Positions 44,311-53,042 of a stretch of DNA of 64,000 nucleotides are shown here, in pieces. The stretch's first letter is position 1. Each line of letters opens with the position of its first letter. Origin of the DNA: Candidatus Aenigmatarchaeota archaeon (GTDB lineage: Archaea > Aenigmatarchaeota > Aenigmatarchaeia > GW2011-AR5); contig JACQID010000004.1 in NCBI GenBank assembly GCA_016198685.1, positions 185,208-249,207 of the forward strand. The letters run 5' to 3'. Position numbers and translations under genes: made by a program. The notes below the pieces were generated by a model that worked only from the letters and a program-made list of their open reading frames with translations, made no database searches and was not told the origin of the DNA.

Positions 44311-45390
44311 ATGAAAGAAAGAATAAAGAAGATTTTTTCCTCGTCAAACGCCGATGCGTTCATAATAGTCAATGGTTCGCATCCGTCCCTTGATCCTAAT
44401 TTCTTCTATGCGAGTGGCATACTTTCAGGGGTATTCGAGCACTCGATGATAATTGCGCAAAAAGCCGGCAAGGCAACGCTGCTTACTTCCCGGCTGGAAG
44501 AGGATATAGCGAGAAAGGAGACATCTCTTGATGTTCAGGTCTTTGAGTCAAAAGAAACGAAGGAAGCTGCTATAAGGAGCCTGCTTTCCGGCACAAAGGC
44601 AGTAGGACTGAGCGGCAGTTTCATCTCTTATAGGGATTTCAATCGGCTGTCTAAAATAATCAACGTGAAAATGAAAGATATGACAGCGGCCTTTGCCCAT
44701 GCCCGTTCGATTAAAGACCCGAGGGAAATAAAATCAATAACTGCAGCCTGCAGGATATCTGCAAAGGCGGCAGAAGAGTTTCCCGGTTATCTCAAAGAAG
44801 GCGTCACGGAAAGGGAAATGGCAGCAAAGCTTGCCGAACTTCAGTACGCGTTTGGCGCGACAAGCATAGCATTCCCTCCTATAGTGGCTTTTGGCGAGAA
44901 CGCTTCAAGGCCGCATCATACGGCTTCATTGCGGAAATTGAAGAAAAACGAATTTGTGCTGATAGATTTCGGGGCTGAATACATGCGATATGCCTCCGAT
45001 CTTTCACGGACTTTTGTGTTTGGAAGGGCGTCTGAGACAATGAAATCGATGTATATGGCCGTGAAGGAAGCCCAGGATGCTGCGATGGATATCATCCGAG
45101 AAGGCAAAAATGGAAGGGATGCTGACAGAGAGGCCCGCAGGATAATTGACAGAAATTTCAAAGGCAAATTCATCCATTCCTTAGGGCATGAGGTCGGCCT
45201 TGAAATTCATGACGGCGGTGTTCTGGGACCGAACGGCAGTTTCCCCCTTAAGAAAAACATGGTAGTCACGAATGAACCCGGAGTATATATCCCGCAGATT
45301 GGCGGCGTACGAATAGAGGATACGGTTCTTGTCGGCAAAGGCCGTCCGAAAATACTTACGGCTTCAAGCACGGATTTGCAGGAAATCTAA
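44311..45390 (+). CDS. M24-family Xaa-Pro peptidase
   Basis: FPPIVAFG, IDFGAEY, HSLGHEVGLEIHD, NEPGVY and VRIEDT are the M24B metal-ligand motifs. Confidence 0.8.
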   Translation: MKERIKKIFSSSNADAFIIVNGSHPSLDPNFFYASGILSGVFEHSMIIAQKAGKATLLTSRLEEDIARKETSLDVQVFESKETKEAAIRSLLSGTKAVGLSGSFISYRDFNRLSKIINVKMKDMTAAFAHARSIKDPREIKSITAACRISAKAAEEFPGYLKEGVTEREMAAKLAELQYAFGATSIAFPPIVAFGENASRPHHTASLRKLKKNEFVLIDFGAEYMRYASDLSRTFVFGRASETMKSMYMAVKEAQDAAMDIIREGKNGRDADREARRIIDRNFKGKFIHSLGHEVGLEIHDGGVLGPNGSFPLKKNMVVTNEPGVYIPQIGGVRIEDTVLVGKGRPKILTASSTDLQEI

Positions 45391-46584
45391 TTATCTGCTG
45401 GTCACTATTTCGACAACATCGCCGGATTTCAATGCATGTTCCTTTCCTACTACCATTCTTGTCTTGACGTCTATGGCGCGGATGAAGGCCTTGCCTATAT
45501 CCGTGTGTATTTTGTATGCAAAATCAAGCGCTGTAGATTTTGGCGGAAGAAGGAAGCAGTCGGGAAGAACATTGCCCTCCCTGTCCTGAAGCTTGTTGAG
45601 TCCGCCGGGGAATATATACATATATTGCAGCATCCCGAACACGGCTTCATTAAGCACGTCCTGAACTCCTGTCGTTCCGTATTTCTCAAGAACGTTCTTT
45701 CTTATGAATTCAAGTGCCGCTTTCTGCTTTTCATTCATAGATTCGGGCTTCCTTAGGACAAAGTCATTTTCACCTGGTATGTAATTTATCATCTCAAGCC
45801 TGTGCGCTTCTCTCAAGGCCAGCTCAGACTCCGCCGAGCATGGTATTATTTTTAGGTGCGGGAACTGTTCCTTCAGCCTTAGAAGATTTTTTTCAGCGTC
45901 TCCCTTGTCCATCTTGTTCGCGGCAATTATCATGGGCTTTGTCTTCTTTCTAAGATAGCTGGAAAGCGCAAGCATCTGTTCGTCAGTCCATAACGACACG
46001 TTTTCGGTGTCAAGCCTCAGTGCGGTGACGGCTTCGTTCATAAGCTCTTCCTTGACGCTGAATGCCGACATTTGCTCTGCAAGCTCTTTTGCAATCTCCT
46101 TTTCGCCGTGCTGTAATGTGCGGGAAAACTTGGCCCAACCCTTCTTGAGTATGCCAAGATACCAGTAGTCGAGTTCTTCTTCAAGAAATTTCACGTCTTC
46201 CGCAGGATCATAGCGTTGCGTGCGCTCGCCTTTCTCGTTTGTTGTGCCGGAAGCATCTATGACATGTATGAGAACATCAGCCTGGTTCAAGTCATTAAGG
46301 AACTGGTTGCCCATGCCTTTGCCTTCGTGCGCGCCTGGAACAAGGCCGGCAACGTCTATCATGTCTATAGGCACAAACCGCGTGCCGCTTATGCAGTATC
46401 CGTAGCGCGGATTGCACTTGACGTTGAAATGTTTTTCAGCGCATGTGACTTTGACAAAGCCAACGCTGTGATTGGGTTCGATCGTTGCGAAAGGATAATC
46501 CGCTATTTTAACTTCGGCAAGAGTAGATGCCTTGAAGAAAGTGCTCTTCCCTACGTTTGGCTTTCCTACAACCCCGACTAACAT
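45391..46584 (-). CDS. Obg-like GTPase/ATPase (YchF/OLA1-type) with C-terminal TGS-like domain
   Basis: [11 protein letters not shown] (G1), DVAGLVPGA (G3), ANKMD (G4) and a C-terminal [10 protein letters not shown]-like end. Confidence 0.75.
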   Translation of the reverse strand: MLVGVVGKPNVGKSTFFKASTLAEVKIADYPFATIEPNHSVGFVKVTCAEKHFNVKCNPRYGYCISGTRFVPIDMIDVAGLVPGAHEGKGMGNQFLNDLNQADVLIHVIDASGTTNEKGERTQRYDPAEDVKFLEEELDYWYLGILKKGWAKFSRTLQHGEKEIAKELAEQMSAFSVKEELMNEAVTALRLDTENVSLWTDEQMLALSSYLRKKTKPMIIAANKMDKGDAEKNLLRLKEQFPHLKIIPCSAESELALREAHRLEMINYIPGENDFVLRKPESMNEKQKAALEFIRKNVLEKYGTTGVQDVLNEAVFGMLQYMYIFPGGLNKLQDREGNVLPDCFLLPPKSTALDFAYKIHTDIGKAFIRAIDVKTRMVVGKEHALKSGDVVEIVTSR

Positions 46585-46633
46585 GACTACAGACTCTTTG
46601 GATATTTTAAATAGGTTGTATGCGCAGGATTTT

Positions 46634-47134
46634 TCAGATATTATCCAGTTCCGCCATATTTTTTATGATATCACTGAAAGCAGAAGGCGGTTCCTTGATA
46701 GAAGGAAGGATATTAAAATAATACGCAAGTTCTGTGACGGCATTGGGATTCTTGGAGGGGGATAGTATTCCGAAATGGCCTTCTTCATCCAATATCGCCA
46801 GCCTTTCATCCTTGTTATTATATACAATCCTAAGGGTCATGTTCCCGTTTTCCGTGTAAATGCCGACTTCGGTTATTTCATAATTCGGCGGAAGCTGGCG
46901 CCATGCTTTGCCTATATCAGTGCCATTGTGGCGCTTATCTAAAAACAGCATATACCACGGATCCCTGTGAAGTTCATCGATATTGCCATCTGCGGGAACA
47001 TAGAGCCCGCAGGCATGCGGCACGTAATTGTGGCTTTTTGCTATACGATAAGCCGTGGGACTCATGCCGGCCTTTGCCATTTCTGTTAAAACTCGGCTTT
47101 TATTATTGTCCAAATCCTCGACCAATTTTAGCAT
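46634..47134 (-). CDS. hypothetical protein (166 aa)
   Basis: ORF with no motif recognised. Confidence 0.4.
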   Translation of the reverse strand: MLKLVEDLDNNKSRVLTEMAKAGMSPTAYRIAKSHNYVPHACGLYVPADGNIDELHRDPWYMLFLDKRHNGTDIGKAWRQLPPNYEITEVGIYTENGNMTLRIVYNNKDERLAILDEEGHFGILSPSKNPNAVTELAYYFNILPSIKEPPSAFSDIIKNMAELDNI

Positions 47135-47167
47135 TTATCATTATGCCTGCTGAATATAATAAAGCTT

Positions 47168-49798
47168 TTATCTTATTTTTTCTAAGCCTAAAAAGTAATC
47201 CACGATCGCCTTCTTGTTTGCATGGAGCCATTTGGCAGAGCGTTTGAGACGTTCAAATGCCCTGTCCGTTACTGCCTTGTATTTTACGGGATGCGATGCA
47301 AAGAAATCCCGGAGATGCTGTTCTTGTGTCACATGGGCATTGATGAAATATTCTATTATGTTAAGAAACACGGGGCCGGATTTGCTGTATTTTTCTATAG
47401 AAGCCCAATTTTTCTCCATCCATGCAATAAGTATTGTTCTTGAAGACGGATTCGCGGCAAGGGATGCAAATACCGCAGGCAAGTCCTGAATTCGTGCCTT
47501 TCCAGAAACTGAAAAATCCAACAATTTATTCAAGAGTTTCGGATCTGTAAACTGGCCCATCGCAAGCAGTGCGTTTGATCTTTCTTCCGGATTCCGGGTT
47601 TCTTGGCATATATGCATCATGGCATTATGCCTCTGTTCGCCGCCGGCTAGAGCCGCTGCATACATGGCAGGATAGCGAAGGTCCGGGGGAATTGACGAAA
47701 TACTGGCCGCATTCCTGTCGAACATTTCAACTGCTTTCTTCATTGTGCCTTCATCTTTGACAAAAATCAGGTATCGTATTGCAAGTTCGCGCATTAAAGC
47801 ATCTTCTTGCGGCTCGTTTCTTCGTGCGTTCCATGTAAGTTTCTCCAAATTTCTTCTGTAAGGCTCCATATAGTGCTTGGAGAATCCGTGCCATGCCTTT
47901 TTCCATTCAGGTTCTTCTGAAAAGACCGAATGTATGCTGCGCATGTTGGCAGATATGCTTCCGAGTATCAGGTATGTATCTTCATTTCCGTATGATCCCA
48001 AGATTTCAAGGTATTCCTTCAACGGCATCATGCCGTTAAGCGAGAGCCTGAAAATATCATCTTGTAAACCCCAGCGGTCTAGCGGATCTAATTGCTTGTT
48101 TTGGACAAGCATCATCATCTTGGCAGAGTTTTCCTTGTCATAGCTGACCCTGTAAAATCCTGTTTGGCCGTAGTTGGCTTTGAACCATCCTGCGCTGTCG
48201 AGATTCATTTCTACGGTTTTGTTGCTTATCATATGCCTTACTGGAGCTTTCAGCCCCTCTGCCATGACTATAAGCGGTATCTTCCATGTCGTTGCGCCGT
48301 CCTTGCCGCCGAATACAAAACGTTTCTGCATGACGTGGAGCTTGCCTCTTTTCATCGATGCCTCAACCATCGGGTAGCCTGCCTGCTTTATCCAGCTTAT
48401 TACGATATCCTTGGCCGGTTTCTCCGAGACTGCCGCAAGCGAGTCCCAGAGATCCTCTGAAGATGCATTGCCGTATTTATGGGCCTCAAGATATCTGCTG
48501 ACCCCTATTCTGAATGCATCATGCCCCAAATAATCCTCTATCATCCTCAGTATGTTGCCGCCTTTGGCATAACTTATTGCATCAAAAAGCTGTTCGATTT
48601 CGTGAACATTCTTTACATTCGCTTCTATAGGATGAGTTGTCTTGAGAGAATCATCGTCCAGTGCCCTCACAGTTTCAAGCCTGAGAAAATCTTCCCACAT
48701 GTTCCATTCGGGGAACATATGATCGACTGCCTTGTATGCCATGAAAGTGGCAAAGCTCTCGTTAAGCCACAGATCATTCCACCATTTCATGGTCACAAGA
48801 TCTCCTGACCACTGATGCCAGAGCTCGTGCGCAACTATCATGGCTATGAATTTCTTGGTTGATGTCGAAGTTTTCTTTTCATCGTACAGAAGGTATATTT
48901 CCCTGAATGTGACAGCGCCCCAATTCTCCATTGCACCGCTGGAGAAATCCGGCAATGCTATCATGTCGAGTTTCGGAAGAGGATACGGAATGCTGGAATA
49001 TTTCTCAAAGTATAAAAGAGCTTTTTTGGCAACATCAAGCGCAAACTTAGCTCCACCTTTCTTGTTGCCTACTGTCGCAACACGTATTAGGGTGTTATCA
49101 GCCCTGGTTTCTTCGAAGTCAAACTCCCCGATACCAAGATAAAGAAGGTATGTGGACATTACCGGCGTTTTTTGGAACAAAATTATCTTCTTTTCGTTTT
49201 CAAGCGTCTCCTTTTTTGCAGGCATATTGGATATACCCGTGAACTTTTTTCCCATCTTCAGCGTCACATCAAAACTTGCCTTATAATTTGGCTCGTCAAA
49301 GCAGGGGAACGCGCGTCTCGCATAAGGCGCCTCAAAATGCGTTGTCGCAGCGTATCTTAATGATCCATCCGGCATCACTACCTTGGTTCTGTAGAATCCG
49401 ACCAGGCTATCGTTTAATTTTCCCCTGAATTCCAGCAGGATTTCGGCTTTGCCTCTTATTTTTTCAGGCAATTTAAGAATCAATATCTGGTTTTCCGGCT
49501 GCATTTCAACGCGTGCAGGAAGTATTTTGTTGTTCACTAATATGGCGGCTGTTGTTATTTTCAGATCCAGCGCATTAAGAATTATGGCTTTTGCGGGAGC
49601 AGATATGTCTATTGCTATTCTCTCCTTTCCGGAAAAGGAGAAATTTTCCATATCAACGTCAAAGATCATATCGTAATTGGACGGTTGAACAGTATCCGGA
49701 AGCCTGTGCATTATTTTAGGCATTCTATGATATTGTTCTTTTGAGCATAAGAATGCAGGAATTACGAGACTCCTGTGCCAGTCTTCGCAATCATGCAA
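47168..49798 (-). CDS. M1-family aminopeptidase (aminopeptidase N / tricorn-interacting-factor-like)
   Basis: GAMENWG exopeptidase motif and HELWHQWSGDLV...WLNESFA zincin motif. The probable true start is an internal Met (MPKIMHRLPD, near 49723). Confidence 0.85.
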   Translation of the reverse strand: MHDCEDWHRSLVIPAFLCSKEQYHRMPKIMHRLPDTVQPSNYDMIFDVDMENFSFSGKERIAIDISAPAKAIILNALDLKITTAAILVNNKILPARVEMQPENQILILKLPEKIRGKAEILLEFRGKLNDSLVGFYRTKVVMPDGSLRYAATTHFEAPYARRAFPCFDEPNYKASFDVTLKMGKKFTGISNMPAKKETLENEKKIILFQKTPVMSTYLLYLGIGEFDFEETRADNTLIRVATVGNKKGGAKFALDVAKKALLYFEKYSSIPYPLPKLDMIALPDFSSGAMENWGAVTFREIYLLYDEKKTSTSTKKFIAMIVAHELWHQWSGDLVTMKWWNDLWLNESFATFMAYKAVDHMFPEWNMWEDFLRLETVRALDDDSLKTTHPIEANVKNVHEIEQLFDAISYAKGGNILRMIEDYLGHDAFRIGVSRYLEAHKYGNASSEDLWDSLAAVSEKPAKDIVISWIKQAGYPMVEASMKRGKLHVMQKRFVFGGKDGATTWKIPLIVMAEGLKAPVRHMISNKTVEMNLDSAGWFKANYGQTGFYRVSYDKENSAKMMMLVQNKQLDPLDRWGLQDDIFRLSLNGMMPLKEYLEILGSYGNEDTYLILGSISANMRSIHSVFSEEPEWKKAWHGFSKHYMEPYRRNLEKLTWNARRNEPQEDALMRELAIRYLIFVKDEGTMKKAVEMFDRNAASISSIPPDLRYPAMYAAALAGGEQRHNAMMHICQETRNPEERSNALLAMGQFTDPKLLNKLLDFSVSGKARIQDLPAVFASLAANPSSRTILIAWMEKNWASIEKYSKSGPVFLNIIEYFINAHVTQEQHLRDFFASHPVKYKAVTDRAFERLKRSAKWLHANKKAIVDYFLGLEKIR

Positions 49799-49828
49799 TA
49801 TTAGAGGTTTAACGCCATTATAATTACC

Positions 49829-50464
49829 ATGAAGATAGGAATTCTAGGTTCCGGCGTTGTTGGCCAAACACTGGGAATCGGGCTTATGGGCCAAGGGCAT
49901 GAAGTTACTATAGGAACTAGAGACTCTGGAAAACTGAACGAATGGCTTTTGAAAGCCGGCAGTAAAGCTTCTGTAGGTTCATTTTACGATGCGGCAAAGT
50001 TCGGGGAAGTTATATTCATAGCTACAGTATGGACAGGCACCGAAAATGCCATTAATCTTGCAGGGAAAGAAAACTTTGCAGGTAAGATAGTCGTAGACGT
50101 CACTAATCCTCTGGATTTTTCAAAAGGCACTCCTGCCCCTGCAGTCTCTTATCCTCTTTCGGCATCCGAACAAATACAGAACTGGCTTCCGGCCGCAAAG
50201 GTTGTTAAAGCATTCAACATAGTGCCTGCGCATGTTCAGGTAACCCCGAAATCCCTGGGCGATGCCGATCTTTTCATTGCAGGAAACCACAAAGACGCCA
50301 AGGAATTTGTGCGTGAAACCGCAAAACGCTGGGGCTGGTCAGATGTCATAGACATGGGCGACATCAAAGCTGCATATTGGGTAGAGATGCTCGGCTTGGC
50401 AGTAATAAATTACGGCTTCAAGCACAACGATTGGAATTTCGCACTGAAGCTCTTGAGGAAATGA
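49829..50464 (+). CDS. NADP oxidoreductase, coenzyme-F420-dependent-type (NpdG-like) Rossmann protein
   Basis: MKIGILGSGVVGQTLG is a dinucleotide-binding motif. The 211-aa size and layout fit the F420_oxidored family. Confidence 0.6.
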   Translation: MKIGILGSGVVGQTLGIGLMGQGHEVTIGTRDSGKLNEWLLKAGSKASVGSFYDAAKFGEVIFIATVWTGTENAINLAGKENFAGKIVVDVTNPLDFSKGTPAPAVSYPLSASEQIQNWLPAAKVVKAFNIVPAHVQVTPKSLGDADLFIAGNHKDAKEFVRETAKRWGWSDVIDMGDIKAAYWVEMLGLAVINYGFKHNDWNFALKLLRK

Positions 50465-50474
50465 TATGATTCTA

Positions 50475-53042
50475 TTATCTTTCCGGAATTAAATGAAGAA
50501 GATTCAGGCGCCTAAATTCTTGATATAACTCATTATCACTTTTTCTCAACTCGCGTCTGGTTGCATTAGTGTGGTTCATAAGAAGCCGCAAAAGTAAATC
50601 TTCCACTACAGCCTTGGGCTCATAAAGTGTCATATTCCTTGGCATTGTTATGGTGATATATTCATTTCCATCGATAGTTGTTGCAGGTAGGCTCTCTAGA
50701 ATCGTTTTCATATTTGTTCTTAAGTTAGTAAAAAGATAACGGGACACAGTATCCTGCAGGTCATCTAATCCGCTTTCGTGCTGGAAAGCGAATTGCGTGC
50801 AGATCTCATGATTTGTTTGGCCATCTATGGATGCATCGGGCTTTCTTTTGCCCCTTTTTGATTCCATCACATTTCTATCTACGTTAAATTCGAAGTATTC
50901 TTTAGGTATTTCAAGGACCGGGTCGGTATATTTTCTAGAGGTGATTACGTAGACAGAGAATTTGCTGTCCTTAGGCTCTGTAGCCATTACCTTTCCTGAC
51001 AGTTCCGGTATCACTTCAAATCCCGCAAGTTTCATTCCGGCGTATAACTTGTCTAAATCGAGGTCAAGGTAAGCCGGAAGCGCTTGTATATTGAATGCAC
51101 GTTTTCTTGATACGCGATTCTGCTCCTTTATCGACATCTCCCTTTCCCTTATTATGCGTCCGGTCATGTCCGTTCTTTCCAGTTCCGTATGGTTCAAACC
51201 CAGAGAGCACAAAACAAGATCGAACTCGTCATTTGTAAAGGGAAGTGCATGCAAATAGCCCTTGTGATATTCATTATCAGGATGGGCGCCCATGATTTTT
51301 GCCTTTTCAAAATTGGCAATATTTATGTCAAGACTTACCGTAGGTATTCCCATCGCCATTGAGAGGATGGCGGGTCCGGAGGGGGCATCAAGTATTCTTG
51401 ATATCTTCTCGCCGCTTCCTTGCAAGCCTTCAATTATTCTCTTGTATACTTGTGCAGTTTTTCCAGAGTAAGACATAGGCCAATTATGCATATAATAATC
51501 TGCAAAATCCGAGGCTGTCCTGCCGTCATTAGCATAGATCAACCTTTCGTTGGATTCAGCGCTTCTACCGGCCATCACAGTCAATATCCTTCTTACGTGC
51601 TGGGCGGGCGTATAAATCACGTCAAGTATAGGTCGTTTTGTATGAACGGGCGAATCTGACACCAGTTTGCCGTCCTCAAGCTTTACCCTTCCGCCCCTCA
51701 TGGCAATATCTATAATTCTCTTCTTATCTGACACAAGATGATTTATGCCTGCATCGATGGAGCCTCTGGGATGCATAGGGTAATTGACAACGAGTTGCGT
51801 GATGCGTACCGGCTTTTCCTGACCTCTTCTGTCTATCCTTTTTGTCATTTGATATAGCGGGCCATAACTATATGGAAGATCGAGAAGGAATTCCTGCGAT
51901 GCTGCAACCAGTGGAAGCGACTCGCCCATGGTATGCGGATTCGATATCAAGACACAATGCTCCGGGGAATTTTCAAAAAGATGCCTCACAATCTCGCGTT
52001 CGCTTTCTTTGCCCATCCGACCAGTCGGTACGCTGCCGTCTATCCTTAGCGCCTTGTGCTTCTTGTAACGTTCTTCGAGTTTCCGTGTGACACCGTTCAC
52101 AAATCTTGAAGAAAATACAACGCATTTTTCCCCATTTGCTATCGCGTTGCCTACAAGGCGGTCAAGCTCAAGGTATTTCGATGATTCTATATCGTTTAAT
52201 TTTTCGCGTAGTACCGGATCTGTTATCATGTCTGGCTCTACAAGAGACGGGTCCAGCGAAGCCTTCCTAAGTTGGTCAAGCTTTTCGGTAGGTGATATGT
52301 CTTCATAGGCAAGAACTGCAGCATAGACTGCTGCATGATCTGGATTCATTTCCACAAAGCAGGTGCTTATCTCAGGTAATTCGACATCACCTCTCCTCAG
52401 CATTTTCCTGTTCAGGACGCTTCCGAGAACAAGAGGATTTTTTTGATATGCTCTTGCCACATGCCATGGCGTTGGGTAATTTTCAGGCTCAAGCATGCTT
52501 ATGAGGTTGAACATATCGGACATGCCGTCCGGCACAGGAGTTGCGGTAAGCAGTGCAAGATATTTCGCCCTGTCCGTTAACCTTCTCATATTATACCGGT
52601 GCGTCTTGGGGTCTCCTGTATGATGCTCCTCATCAACAATAACATAGTCGGGCTTGAAGTTTTCAAGCGCCTGAGTTACTTTATCCCGCGTAGTCTTGAC
52701 GCCAAAAACGTCATGATTGACTATGATGGCATCCGAGTCCAAAACGACCCTATCAAGAGATCGTGTGCCATAGTCATTCAGAAGCGTGGTCCTTAGCCGA
52801 GGATAATTGGTGCCCAGTTGTGACTTCCAGTATTCAAGGCCAGAATTTGGCACTACAGCTAGAGTCTTAGGCATACGGCCCGTGCCTATCTCAATGAGCC
52901 TGATAGCGCCTATGGCTTGCTGTGTCTTCCCAAAGCCGCCGCCGTCTGCTATGAGTATTCTGCCTTCATCATATATCTTGAAAGAGCCGTACTCCTGCTG
53001 TATATTGGGCCTTATGACCGAGACTTCCCTGTAAGTTGTCAT
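50475..53042 (-). CDS. SNF2-family helicase fused to a class-I SAM-methyltransferase-like domain and an unknown C-terminal region (855 aa)
   Basis: Helicase motifs are GGGFGKTQQ (I), VIVDEEHH (II), LLTATPV (III) and QMTKRIDRRGQ (VI). The MTase-like part is ILDAPSGPAI / VSLDIN / FDLVLCSLGLNH. An ATGA overlap links it to the upstream gene, and AAAGGAGG lies at 53051-53058. Confidence 0.7.
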   Translation of the reverse strand: MTTYREVSVIRPNIQQEYGSFKIYDEGRILIADGGGFGKTQQAIGAIRLIEIGTGRMPKTLAVVPNSGLEYWKSQLGTNYPRLRTTLLNDYGTRSLDRVVLDSDAIIVNHDVFGVKTTRDKVTQALENFKPDYVIVDEEHHTGDPKTHRYNMRRLTDRAKYLALLTATPVPDGMSDMFNLISMLEPENYPTPWHVARAYQKNPLVLGSVLNRKMLRRGDVELPEISTCFVEMNPDHAAVYAAVLAYEDISPTEKLDQLRKASLDPSLVEPDMITDPVLREKLNDIESSKYLELDRLVGNAIANGEKCVVFSSRFVNGVTRKLEERYKKHKALRIDGSVPTGRMGKESEREIVRHLFENSPEHCVLISNPHTMGESLPLVAASQEFLLDLPYSYGPLYQMTKRIDRRGQEKPVRITQLVVNYPMHPRGSIDAGINHLVSDKKRIIDIAMRGGRVKLEDGKLVSDSPVHTKRPILDVIYTPAQHVRRILTVMAGRSAESNERLIYANDGRTASDFADYYMHNWPMSYSGKTAQVYKRIIEGLQGSGEKISRILDAPSGPAILSMAMGIPTVSLDINIANFEKAKIMGAHPDNEYHKGYLHALPFTNDEFDLVLCSLGLNHTELERTDMTGRIIREREMSIKEQNRVSRKRAFNIQALPAYLDLDLDKLYAGMKLAGFEVIPELSGKVMATEPKDSKFSVYVITSRKYTDPVLEIPKEYFEFNVDRNVMESKRGKRKPDASIDGQTNHEICTQFAFQHESGLDDLQDTVSRYLFTNLRTNMKTILESLPATTIDGNEYITITMPRNMTLYEPKAVVEDLLLRLLMNHTNATRRELRKSDNELYQEFRRLNLLHLIPER